Source: a virus. Taken from it: DNA of 64,000 nucleotides. Below, piece after piece: positions 48,944 to 57,599 of the stretch. Location: IMG/VR virus record IMGVR_UViG_3300042569_001270, positions 17,340 through 81,339 of that record; one strand, written 5' to 3'. A program made the position numbers and the translations under genes. The notes below the pieces were generated by a model. It saw only the letters and a list, made by a program, of their open reading frames with translations, was not told the DNA's origin and ran no database searches. Each line of letters opens with the position of its first letter. Position 1 is the stretch's first letter.

Positions 48944-49204
48944 TTAGTCGTCGTCTTCGTTGTATCGGTTCCAGTTGTCGGGCAGGAGTTCGCGTAGCTT
49001 ACCCTGCAAGGCTGAGTTCTCTCCCTTGAGAGGGGGCGCAGCCTTCTTCCGCTTCTCCAGTGCCTCCTCGCACTTCCCGCAGTAGCCCTTCTCGATTCGG
49101 TTTTTGCCGACGAGATTGGCTCCGTCACAGGCCACCATCTTCGTGCAGATGGGAGTGCGGAGGTTGGTGCTGGAGTAGGACGGCTTTTTCTTCGGCTGTG
49201 TCAT
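48944..49204 (-). CDS. small zinc-finger protein (paralog A)
   Basis: C..ACDG..L.G..RIEKG.C..CE. Confidence 0.6.
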   Translation of the reverse strand: MTQPKKKPSYSSTNLRTPICTKMVACDGANLVGKNRIEKGYCGKCEEALEKRKKAAPPLKGENSALQGKLRELLPDNWNRYNEDDD

Positions 49205-49398
49205 ATCTTGGCCCTCAGTCCTCGGGGTTCAACTGCCTTGCCACGCTTCCTCTGAGCATCCTCGCACGCTGTACAGAGGCCCTTCTCTATCCGTGCCCCT
49301 CGCAGTGTCGTTCCGTCACAGGCGATGGCGACTGGGCATCCGATAGCTCGTGCGAACTGCGTGATTGGATCATGTCTGTGCCGACTGGTGTTGCTCAC
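49201..49398 (-). CDS. small zinc-finger protein (paralog B)
   Basis: C...ACDG..L.G.RIEKG.C..CE. Confidence 0.55.
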   Translation of the reverse strand: MSNTSRHRHDPITQFARAIGCPVAIACDGTTLRGARIEKGLCTACEDAQRKRGKAVEPRGLRAKI

Positions 49399-49685
49399 TA
49401 GCCCCTCCACTTCCGACCACGCCGGATAGTCCCTGCTGTTGCGGGATCAAAGTTACCCAAGGTGTCCCTCCCGAGCCAGTCACCGGTCTTGAGCTTGTCG
49501 ATGTACCGGGTGGCTCGCTCCCTCATGGCGGCAAGTTCTTTGTGAGCATTGAAGTCGTCGATAGAAAGCTTTTTGATCATGTGGCAGTGCTGACACTCCT
49601 CGACGTTCATGTTCAGGTCCATCGTGTCGAGGACCTCGTCAATCGAAGCACGCAGCAAAATGAGACGTTCGATGGGTGTTGTCAC
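49398..49685 (-). CDS. hypothetical protein with CxxC
   Basis: AGGAGG RBS before GTG 49685; CQHC. Confidence 0.6.
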   Translation of the reverse strand: MTTPIERLILLRASIDEVLDTMDLNMNVEECQHCHMIKKLSIDDFNAHKELAAMRERATRYIDKLKTGDWLGRDTLGNFDPATAGTIRRGRKWRG

Positions 49686-49772
49686 GGTGAGCCTCCTGTC
49701 CAGCGATGCTGGACGTAAAAGTGCGGCAGACAGATCACTCTGCTGCCGCACAGGTACTTGCGAACTTCGTGC

Positions 49773-50753
49773 CTACTTGCGCTTGTACTTCGCCTTCTTG
49801 GCTTCCTTGGCCGCTTCCACTTCCTTGGCCGAAGGAATCTTCACACCCTTGCCCCACACCACGTCGAAGATGGTCTCACGGAACGACGTGGGAGCCACCT
49901 TGTTTTTGATGATCTTGGCGCGGACTCGGATGCCGGTAGGCTGGTTGTTCGTCTTGAGAATGTCGATCCTGCGAAGGTCCATACGAACCGACGCGTAGAA
50001 CTTGGGACCGAAGCCGCCCGAGGTAGTCTCTGGGTTGCCGAACACCATGCCGACCTTCATGCGAATCTGGTTCGTCATTATGAACAAGCAGTTACGCTTG
50101 CTCGCAATAGACGAACAGGACCGGCACAGCTCGCTGATCAAACGAGCCTGCACGCCCATGCCGCTCTCACCGTCGAGAACCTTCTGAGGCACCATCGCGT
50201 CGAGCGAGTCGAGAACGACGATGTCACAGAGGGCTGCAAGGCTCTTGGAAGCCTCGACAGCCTGCTCTCCGTTGTCCGGTGTGATGACCAGCAGCTTGGA
50301 CACGTTCACACCCAGCTTGCTGGCGTAATGGAGGTCCAGTGCGTGCTCTGCGTCGATGAAGCCGCAGACCGCGCCGTGCTTCTGAGCGGTGGCAATCGTG
50401 GACAGGGCGAGCGTCGTCTTGGAGACCGACTCCGGCCCGAAGATTTCCACCATGCGGCCCTTGGGAAAGCCTCGACCGCTCCCCTTGACGATCTCACCGT
50501 CCTTATCAACGGTGCCGCTGATGAAGTCGTCAATGCCTTGGTGGCCGGTGCTGAAGCACTCCACCTGTGCGAGGTCCTCAAGGGCTTGGACCTTAGCAAA
50601 CTCACTCAGGCCCTTCATCTTGCTGATGGCCTTGAACACCGAGTCAATGTCGATCTCAACCTCCTCCTCGCCAGCAGGAGTCTCGGGAGCCTCCTTCTTC
50701 GTGAGCTTCGCGGTGAAGGTTCCGTGCGCTGTCTTCTTCCTTGGTCTCGGCAT
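49773..50753 (-). CDS. recA: RecA-like recombinase
   Basis: GFPKGRMVEIFGPESVSKTT, FIDAEHALD, NQIRMKVG..FGNPETTSGG, KNKVAP. Confidence 0.95.
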   Translation of the reverse strand: MPRPRKKTAHGTFTAKLTKKEAPETPAGEEEVEIDIDSVFKAISKMKGLSEFAKVQALEDLAQVECFSTGHQGIDDFISGTVDKDGEIVKGSGRGFPKGRMVEIFGPESVSKTTLALSTIATAQKHGAVCGFIDAEHALDLHYASKLGVNVSKLLVITPDNGEQAVEASKSLAALCDIVVLDSLDAMVPQKVLDGESGMGVQARLISELCRSCSSIASKRNCLFIMTNQIRMKVGMVFGNPETTSGGFGPKFYASVRMDLRRIDILKTNNQPTGIRVRAKIIKNKVAPTSFRETIFDVVWGKGVKIPSAKEVEAAKEAKKAKYKRK

Positions 50754-50766
50754 GGTCGTCTCCTCG

Positions 50767-50800
50767 AAAGAAAAGTGGGCGGCCCGTCCACTCCGCCCAC
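50767..50800 (-). terminator. terminator after the ssb gene
   Basis: GTGGGCGG/CCGCCCAC stem followed by TTTTCTTT on the minus strand. Confidence 0.7.
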
Positions 50801-50840
50801 CACGCTGGCTCCTTATCAACCAGCTCCCTTAGTCTGTGAT

Positions 50841-51824
50841 CTACTTCTTGGACTTCTTACCCTTGGCGACCGACTGAAGCTCCTCCTCCAGCGAGGACTT
50901 CTTGGCGACCTTCTTGGGGGGAGGAGCGACCTCTTCCTCCTCCTCTTCCTCAACCTCTTCCTCCTCGACCACCTCGTCTTCCTCTTCCTCGACCGGAGCC
51001 GCCTTCTTCTTCGGCAGCTTGACCTGCAGCTTCTTGGGCTGCTCCTCTTCCTCCTCCTCGACCTTCTCCTCAAGGGCCTCGCCGTTCAGGAGAGCCTCAA
51101 TCTCGTCGGGGGTGTTGGAGGTGATCAGCTTGTCGAGGTCCTTGAGGTCCGTCAGTTCGCTGGTATCGACGCTGGCGAACTTGCGGGTCGGCATGACCTT
51201 GTACTCGGTGTCCATGTCGGAACCGATGCGCTCGATCACGAAGTCGTAGACCGACTCCTCGTCGTAGAAGACGCCCCACTCGATGGTGTCGGTGAAGTAC
51301 GTCAGGACCTGAGTCATGATCTGAGGACCGAAGCTGAACGTCATCCACTCAGCCTCGACTGGCTTCTTGGTAGCCTGATCAATCTCGACAGCGTTGACAG
51401 TGTAACGGGTCTTGCCGCCGACGCGGCCAGCCTGATTCCACTGCTTCTTCATGTTGTTCATGGCCTCCTTGACGGCGGCCTTCTTGTCGCAGGGCTTGCC
51501 CTTCGCCTTGAGGTCAGCAGCCGCCTTCTTGATCAGCTGCTCACGGTCGTTCCACACCTTCTTGCAGGCGGGGCACTCATCACGACCGGGGCAGTTTGCG
51601 GGGGTCTTACCTTCCGGCCCAAGGCCGAAGTGCTGGACAGATTCCTTGTAGAACTCGACGTCGTCCGCCCACGGCGGGGCGAACCGGATGATCTTCTTGT
51701 CGCCGTCGTCCAGCTTGATGTACTTGCCGCCACCGCCACCCTTGCCACCGCCCTTGTTGGCCTTCATGGCGGCGAGCTTCTTGAGGGCAGCCTGCTGTGC
51801 AACCGAACCAATCTGCTTAGCCAT
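50841..51824 (-). CDS. single-stranded DNA-binding protein (gp32-like)
   Basis: IIRFAPP, H..C..CPAC, G.DMDTEY.V, long acidic tail; between recA and the UvsY-like gene. Confidence 0.75.
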   Translation of the reverse strand: MAKQIGSVAQQAALKKLAAMKANKGGGKGGGGGKYIKLDDGDKKIIRFAPPWADDVEFYKESVQHFGLGPEGKTPANCPGRDECPACKKVWNDREQLIKKAAADLKAKGKPCDKKAAVKEAMNNMKKQWNQAGRVGGKTRYTVNAVEIDQATKKPVEAEWMTFSFGPQIMTQVLTYFTDTIEWGVFYDEESVYDFVIERIGSDMDTEYKVMPTRKFASVDTSELTDLKDLDKLITSNTPDEIEALLNGEALEEKVEEEEEEQPKKLQVKLPKKKAAPVEEEEDEVVEEEEVEEEEEEEVAPPPKKVAKKSSLEEELQSVAKGKKSKK

Positions 51825-51841
51825 TGTCTTCTCCTGTGCTC

Positions 51842-52348
51842 TTAGCGAGCGATGTCTGCAGCCTTGCGCTTGAGACTCTCAATGGGCTTCTCCCCGAAAG
51901 AGTCTTTATTAAGCGTCGAGTTTATGCTCTGAAGCATGCTGCTCCGTTGCCTAAACGCTTCTGTGAGGGCAGCGAGTTTTTCGGCTCGCTGTTCAGTGTT
52001 CATAACCTTCGCATGCGCCAATCGCATCTTCGGGTTTTTCTGAACAAGTTGGTTAATGCGGGCCTCACTGACTCCGCCTCTCCCACCATTGGGGTACTGC
52101 TGCCTTAGCTCCTCGTACAGGTCCTCTTCTAGGCAGTGCCTCTCAAACCGTGCCTGTTTCGCCGCAGCGTTGGCCGTTGCTGACAGCTGGGCGTAGTACG
52201 CAAACAGGGACGGCTGCTCTGCCATTTCCTCCAGTAGCTTTGATCGGTCGACGGCCAAGTCTTCCGACGGGTTCACTGCAGACTTCGCGCCAGTCGGTGT
52301 GACTGCTTTTACCACACCGAGTTCTTTGTTATCAAGTTTCTTCGACAA
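51842..52348 (-). CDS. UvsY-like recombination mediator
   Basis: L.VD...L.EE..EQPS.FAYY, SEARI, AF.QR..ML; TTG 52348 after AGGAG. Confidence 0.65.
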   Translation of the reverse strand: MSKKLDNKELGVVKAVTPTGAKSAVNPSEDLAVDRSKLLEEMAEQPSLFAYYAQLSATANAAAKQARFERHCLEEDLYEELRQQYPNGGRGGVSEARINQLVQKNPKMRLAHAKVMNTEQRAEKLAALTEAFRQRSSMLQSINSTLNKDSFGEKPIESLKRKAADIAR

Positions 52349-52362
52349 GCTGTTCTCCTGTT

Positions 52363-52581
52363 CTACCACGGGGGGCGGACATGGCTGGTTTGGGGGCGGG
52401 CTGGTGCCGACGGTGACTGCACTCCGGCCAGTCCTTTTAAGGCTACTCGTATGGAGATACCCAGCTGTGTGAGCCTGATTTTCACAAGGCGAGTGTTGGG
52501 CAGTGCCTGTAGTCCTAGCTTGGCTGAGCGCCAAGCCATTCGCACACCGCTGCGCACCATCGGCCAGTTGGGTTTGATCAC
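52363..52581 (-). CDS. possible small basic protein
   Basis: GTGA overlap with the polA stop, GGAGG upstream; atypical codons. Confidence 0.35.
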   Translation of the reverse strand: MIKPNWPMVRSGVRMAWRSAKLGLQALPNTRLVKIRLTQLGISIRVALKGLAGVQSPSAPARPQTSHVRPPW

Positions 52582-54590
52582 TTTGCCTCCCTCCAGTTGC
52601 TTGCAATCGAGCCGCCAACGCCAATCGGTACCTGCAAGTTCAGTACCCGCATCGGGGCCTCAATCATAATCTTGTTGATCTTGGCCTCGTCTTCCTTGGC
52701 GTCCTTCTCGTCGCACTCGAAGACAAGCTCGTCGTGGACCTGCAGGAGCAGCTGAGATTTGATCTCTCCTCGCTGGTAGGCCGCGTCGAGTTCGCACATG
52801 GAGACTTGGATCACTCGTGCAGCCAGTCCCTGAATCGGGGCGTTGATGGCAGCACGCTCAGCGTGTTCCCTGTGCTTACGGCTCTGCGAGAAGATTTCCG
52901 GCAACCGGCGACGAGTACCAGCCAGCGTCGTGACGTAGCCGTCCTTGCGAGCCTGCTTGACCACGCTGTCCATGTAGACCGCGATGCCGCCGTAGGTGTT
53001 GAAGTAGAGGTCCATGCGCTCAGCGGCCTCCTCTTCAGTGATCTTCATACGCTTGGCATAGGTCTGAACGCTCATGCGGTAGTTCAGCGAGAAGTTCGTC
53101 TGCTTGCCGACGGCGTACTCCTTGTCGTGCTCAGCCTTGAACTTTTCCAGCCACGCCTTGTAGTCCTTCGTCACCTTCTTGGTGATGGGATCAACCTTCA
53201 CCTCTGGGTAGGGAAGGCTGAACAGGGCGGCTGCAGTCTTGGCGTGAGCGTTCTCTCCTCGCTGAAGGAGAGCCACCAGCGTAGCGTCCCCGCTGACCTC
53301 TGCGATACCGGTGAGTTCGATACCGCTGTAGTCCTTGACGATCAGGACCTTGCCCTTCCGAGCTGTGAAGGCCGACCGGATACCGTACGGGTCCTTCTCC
53401 TTACGAGCAGGAATGTTCTGAAGGTTGGGCAGCGGCGGGTCAGCGTTACGGTCACCGGAGGACAGGCGGCCAGTCTTGGCACGAGTCTGGTTGAACCTCG
53501 TGCGGCAGATGCCATCACCTTGCGCTCTGACCTTCATCATCAGTCCGTCGATAAAGGTGTTCTTCAGCGTGGTGACGCCAGCGTGATCAAGGAGCCACTC
53601 AGCCAACTCGAAGCCGTGCTCTTCTTTGTAAATCTGCATGGCCTCAGCGTCGAGTGACGGGTTCTTGTCCCCGCTCTTGGTCTCGTTGCCCAGCTTGACG
53701 ATGGGCCATCCAAGCTCATGGAGCAGCAGCTTCTTCTTCTGATCGTTGGACGCCATGTTGAACAGCGGCTTACCGATCTCACTGCGGAAGACGCACTCAA
53801 TGCGAGCCTGTTGAGCCTCGACCTCCTTGCCGATGGCTTCCATCATGCGAAGGTCAAGCCGGATGCCTCGCTTCTCCATGCGGAGAAGGACGAACGTGAA
53901 CGGGAGTTCCCACTTGCGGTACCACTCCCACGTCCCCTCTTCGATCATCTGCTTCTTGTGCTTGAGGTGAACCATCACCGAAGCCCAAGGGTCCTCGCCG
54001 GAGTACTCGTACAGCTGCTCGCGGGTTGTGGAGATCAACGGATTCTTGTTGGCCCACACCGTCCACAGGTCCTCGACCTCCCACTTGTTCTTGGCCGGTG
54101 TCCCGTCCTTCTTCAGCGGGGCATAGCCGAACAGCTGCTTGAACTGGCTCATGGCATAGCCAGTGACCTCCTTCATGTTCTCCTTCAAGCCGTGGGAGAG
54201 CCTGTTCTCGTCGGTGTAGAAGCTCTCCGTCACCGTGTCTCCAACCCACGACTTCTCGGCTACGGGGAACCCGTTTTCGCGGAAGACTTCGGAGTCGAAC
54301 TGGAGGTTTGATCCAACCTTGCGAGCCTTGGGGTTGGCGAGCCACTTGGCGTAGTGGTGCGTGAGGTTTCCGTGAACAACCACGCGTAGCTTGCGGGAAT
54401 GATCATAGTACGACCAGATGATGATCTGACGCTTACAGCCAGCAGGAGCGTCCCATTCTCTATAAGGACTGTTGGGGTTGGCGGTCTCGGAGTCGAGACC
54501 GTAGAGACTGGTTTCGTCCATCTCAGCGACATCAGCGATTGCCTCCTTGTCTGTCTTGATAACTCTCAGCGGCGGTACGGTGATCGACAT
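52578..54590 (-). CDS. polA: family A DNA polymerase with 3'-5' exonuclease
   Basis: DSET, NLQFD, YSGED; TGRLSS..NLQNIP; DYSGIE; KQTNF..NY; NAPIQG; VHDEL. Confidence 0.92.
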   Translation of the reverse strand: MSITVPPLRVIKTDKEAIADVAEMDETSLYGLDSETANPNSPYREWDAPAGCKRQIIIWSYYDHSRKLRVVVHGNLTHHYAKWLANPKARKVGSNLQFDSEVFRENGFPVAEKSWVGDTVTESFYTDENRLSHGLKENMKEVTGYAMSQFKQLFGYAPLKKDGTPAKNKWEVEDLWTVWANKNPLISTTREQLYEYSGEDPWASVMVHLKHKKQMIEEGTWEWYRKWELPFTFVLLRMEKRGIRLDLRMMEAIGKEVEAQQARIECVFRSEIGKPLFNMASNDQKKKLLLHELGWPIVKLGNETKSGDKNPSLDAEAMQIYKEEHGFELAEWLLDHAGVTTLKNTFIDGLMMKVRAQGDGICRTRFNQTRAKTGRLSSGDRNADPPLPNLQNIPARKEKDPYGIRSAFTARKGKVLIVKDYSGIELTGIAEVSGDATLVALLQRGENAHAKTAAALFSLPYPEVKVDPITKKVTKDYKAWLEKFKAEHDKEYAVGKQTNFSLNYRMSVQTYAKRMKITEEEAAERMDLYFNTYGGIAVYMDSVVKQARKDGYVTTLAGTRRRLPEIFSQSRKHREHAERAAINAPIQGLAARVIQVSMCELDAAYQRGEIKSQLLLQVHDELVFECDEKDAKEDEAKINKIMIEAPMRVLNLQVPIGVGGSIASNWREAK

Positions 54591-54616
54591 GCAGTCCTCC
54601 TTGGTGAGCGTTCACT

Positions 54617-54652
54617 AGAACGCCCCACCCTCCTTGCGGAAGATGGGGCGCT
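54617..54652 (-). terminator. stem-loop upstream of polA
   Basis: GCGCCCCATCTTCC-GCAA-GGAGGGTGGGGCGT on the minus strand. Confidence 0.6.
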
Positions 54653-54671
54653 CCGATCAACGTTCAGCCTG

Positions 54672-55757
54672 TTACTGCGCCTTGACGCGGATCAGCTTCA
54701 GGACACCCTTCTCCTTCAGCTCCTCCGCCACGCCCTTGCACACTTCACCCTGCTCCGCCTTGTCGTCGGAGACAACGAAGACCTTCTGAATGGCCTCAAG
54801 GAAGAGCGGCTGGGTGACGCGCTGGTCCTCAGCAACGCCGTAAAGCTCGTTGACGAGATCAAACGCGCTGTCCGACGCCTTGAGCGGGTTCTCCTCAGAG
54901 ACCAGCTTGACGACGACACCATCACCGAACGGGGCGAAGGGGACGACCTTCTTCGTGAGCGAGGCCGTGACCGACGTAGCCTTGGCAGGGGCAGGAGCGG
55001 CCTTTTCAGCCTTCTTCGGGGCCTCCTTGACGACAGGGGCGGCCTTGGCGGGAGCCTTCTTCGGAGCAGGCTTCTCCTCCTCTTCCTCCTCTTCCTCCTC
55101 CTCTTCGTCCTCGTCGTCGGCTTCCGTGTCCTCGGAACCCTCAAGCTCCTCGTCCTCGTCAACCTCCTCAGCGTCGTCCTCGTCCTCCTCCTCGGTCTCC
55201 TCGACCTCCTCAGCCTCCTCCTCGTCCTCTTCGACCTCCTCGATCTCGTCGTCTTCGAGGGCGATGGTCTCCTCCTCCTCGACCTCCTCCGGCTCGGGGG
55301 CCTTCTTCTTCTTGACCTCCTTGACCGGCTCGACGGGGGCAGCAGCCTTCTTCGCGTTCTTGATGTCCTTGGCCATGATCTTCTTCCTCTCTTCTTTCGT
55401 GAGTCCTTCCTTGGACTCGGTGAGTGACGAACCGCCTTTGATGATTTGCGCTACCGACGTCTGGAGTGTGTGAAAGCACTCAGCGGCGAACGCACACTTC
55501 TCAGCACAGTAAGGCTCCCGTGCAGAAAAGTACCTACCGAAGCACTGCTCTTTACTAACGACGTGTTGTGGTGGCTTCACCTGCTCGTACGGGTGATTCT
55601 TGATTATGGCTCGTCCGTCATCGACTCTCCTATTCTCCATCCATTCCATCATGGTGGAGCGCTGTTCCTCAAGCTCGCCGGTTGCCGGTGTGCCTAGCAG
55701 TCGGACGAGTTTGGGGAGTTGTTCATCGGTGGCTGTTGCGAGTTGTTTGGTGAGCAC
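54672..55757 (-). CDS. protein with Cys cluster and long acidic tract
   Basis: CFG..C...C.....C, then Lys/Ala/Pro segments around a long E/D run. Confidence 0.7.
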   Translation of the reverse strand: MLTKQLATATDEQLPKLVRLLGTPATGELEEQRSTMMEWMENRRVDDGRAIIKNHPYEQVKPPQHVVSKEQCFGRYFSAREPYCAEKCAFAAECFHTLQTSVAQIIKGGSSLTESKEGLTKEERKKIMAKDIKNAKKAAAPVEPVKEVKKKKAPEPEEVEEEETIALEDDEIEEVEEDEEEAEEVEETEEEDEDDAEEVDEDEELEGSEDTEADDEDEEEEEEEEEEEKPAPKKAPAKAAPVVKEAPKKAEKAAPAPAKATSVTASLTKKVVPFAPFGDGVVVKLVSEENPLKASDSAFDLVNELYGVAEDQRVTQPLFLEAIQKVFVVSDDKAEQGEVCKGVAEELKEKGVLKLIRVKAQ

Positions 55758-55766
55758 GGCTGCCTT

Positions 55767-56030
55767 CTAACGCTTCTTCGAGGTTGCGTCAAGCAGCGGG
55801 AGTTGGCCGTTGTTGCTAACAAGTGGATCGACACCAGCCACTTGGTCCCGCTGCTTGAGGAGCCACGTTGCAGAGAGCGTGCCATCGAGCAGCTGAGGCT
55901 TGCGTAACTTTATCAACTTCAAGCAGTCAGGACAGTTCACAAGCCGAATGTCCATCGTGCTGTTACGTCCAGCCTTGCTGCAGTCCACGGACATCTTGTT
56001 GTGGAAGGCAACGCCTCTACTGTGGATCAC
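55767..56030 (-). CDS. small Cys/His protein (start uncertain)
   Basis: H...C...VNCPDC. Confidence 0.45.
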   Translation of the reverse strand: MIHSRGVAFHNKMSVDCSKAGRNSTMDIRLVNCPDCLKLIKLRKPQLLDGTLSATWLLKQRDQVAGVDPLVSNNGQLPLLDATSKKR

Positions 56031-56988
56031 TTTCGGGCTGCTCGCCCGGTACCTCGCTGTCCTCACGGCCCTCTCCTCGTTTGGCGTTGCAACCGAAGCA
56101 CTCGTCCAAGTCGCCGTAGGTGGTTGCTCCACACGGGCAACCCCACATCAGCCCTGCCTTGGTTGCAAGCCGGTCGAGCATAGCGCACTCCTCGTCGTCG
56201 GCCACACTGAAGAGTTCTACGAGAGCCTCAAGATTGATCTCGTTATCCTTCTTGTTCGCTTCGAGAAGCTTGAAGCCTGCTTCCATGTCGAGCTTGGCGG
56301 CTTCAACTTTTGCGTATGCCTCAAGCAAGTCCGTTATCGGGATGCGCTTGAGGATAACGTCCACAGGGAGGTCACTGGCATCGTTAATATCCGCGCACTC
56401 ATCGTTGTTGTAGTACTTGCCGTCAATCATCAGTACCGCAGCGTTACCGTCGGTGCTGCTGTACGTCTCCCCGTCGTCAAGGACGAGTAGCGGCATGGGG
56501 TCGTACTCAGGCTCGGCTGTAGGTACCGTGCACTGGTTGTCGGCGTTCGGCGCTTCGTAGGTGGTCACGGCATCGACGCAGTAGACAAGACCGTCGCGGA
56601 AGACGTACCGCCAAGAGGTGCCGTCCTCGCCCTCTGCCGTAACGTGTCCTTTGTTGTACCAGACCTCTTTCGGGTTGTTATTGACGAACTTTGCGATAGC
56701 TGCAAAGAACCGATCATCAACGTCAGAGTCTCGGTTGTCCATACCGTCGGCATAGTCGATGCTCATAACACCGACGGCGCTTCTGCCGACCTCCCAGCCA
56801 AAGTAGCGGAAGGCGAACGGGATCGAAGAGGCGGCGTCGATCTCGGCCTTGTAGTTCTTGAGGACCGATCCTTTGTAAAAGGAGGTCTCCAGCCACTTGT
56901 CGAACTTGGTGAGAGCCTCGATCACAGCGGGAAAGTCTTTCGCCTCGATGACGAAGCAGGTGTCGATGACGTGTGAGTTATAAGACAT
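56017..56988 (-). CDS. hypothetical protein
   Basis: AAGGAG RBS; GEDG..WRY.F.DG domain; C-terminal C.C..C..C. Confidence 0.7.
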   Translation of the reverse strand: MSYNSHVIDTCFVIEAKDFPAVIEALTKFDKWLETSFYKGSVLKNYKAEIDAASSIPFAFRYFGWEVGRSAVGVMSIDYADGMDNRDSDVDDRFFAAIAKFVNNNPKEVWYNKGHVTAEGEDGTSWRYVFRDGLVYCVDAVTTYEAPNADNQCTVPTAEPEYDPMPLLVLDDGETYSSTDGNAAVLMIDGKYYNNDECADINDASDLPVDVILKRIPITDLLEAYAKVEAAKLDMEAGFKLLEANKKDNEINLEALVELFSVADDEECAMLDRLATKAGLMWGCPCGATTYGDLDECFGCNAKRGEGREDSEVPGEQPESDPQ

Positions 56989-57001
56989 GTTGATCTCCTT
57001 G

Positions 57002-57514
57002 TTACTGGTTGTTGGTAGTGGTTTCGGTGGCTTCTTCAGTCTCGTCAAGTCCGTCGGTCGAACCGAAGACGAGTTCGTAGATGCGGCGGTAGTCTTCACT
57101 CTGCCGGTCGGGGAACTCGTTGATCTCCCACATCTCCTCGTGCTGAGCCGTGACTTCACCGGCAAAGCACATGGCGTCTTCGACCCATGCCATGTGGAAC
57201 GTGAGCGAGGGGTACTTCCTGTGAGTCTTACGGAGCCAGTCAACAGGGGGTGCCCACGCTGTGTCGAAGCTGTAGGTCACGCCGCTGTCGTCGTCATGCT
57301 CGTGAAGCTCGCTGTCGTCGTTCACGTCCCACTTGGTTCCCCAGTTGGCGATGTGCCAGTCGTACCAGTCCATACCTTCCGGCAGAGGGACAGAGCGGTC
57401 GAAGCTCAAGGCTCCGGCGTCGTCCTTGTCCTTCGGCTTGTTCTCTTCCACAAACTTCTTGATGTCTTCGGCGTTGCCCTTGATCTGCAGTTGGTTCGTG
57501 CACCAGTTCGGCAT
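57002..57514 (-). CDS. YubB/DUF1281-like ferredoxin-fold protein
   Basis: MPNWC.N.L, WYDW...NWGTKW, FDTAWAPP. Confidence 0.75.
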   Translation of the reverse strand: MPNWCTNQLQIKGNAEDIKKFVEENKPKDKDDAGALSFDRSVPLPEGMDWYDWHIANWGTKWDVNDDSELHEHDDDSGVTYSFDTAWAPPVDWLRKTHRKYPSLTFHMAWVEDAMCFAGEVTAQHEEMWEINEFPDRQSEDYRRIYELVFGSTDGLDETEEATETTTNNQ

Positions 57515-57537
57515 TGTGATCTCCGTGAAAGTTTGAG

Positions 57538-57590
57538 AAAAAAGAAAAAGGCGAGGCACCCTCCTGCCTTACGGTCAGGGTGCCCCGCCC
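57538..57590 (-). terminator. terminator after the VWA gene
   Basis: GGCGGGGCACCCT...AGGGTGCCTCGCC followed by a long T-tract on the minus strand. Confidence 0.8.
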
Positions 57591-57599
57591 AGTTTGTGA

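Noticed and set aside
49758-51845. 695-aa + strand ORF and similar long antisense ORFs (6791-8242, 43270-44517, 11867-12892)
   Set aside because: Mirror frames of highly biased real genes (recA/ssb, capsid, nrdJ, sheath); no RBS or recognisable motifs
52349-52624. N-terminal extension of the UvsY-like ORF in the track
   Set aside because: Overlaps polA and looks non-coding in that frame; SD plus TTG at 52348 is a better start
42769-54590. Introns or inteins in nrdJ, recA or polA
   Set aside because: Genes are continuous and of normal length, with no splice or homing endonuclease motifs
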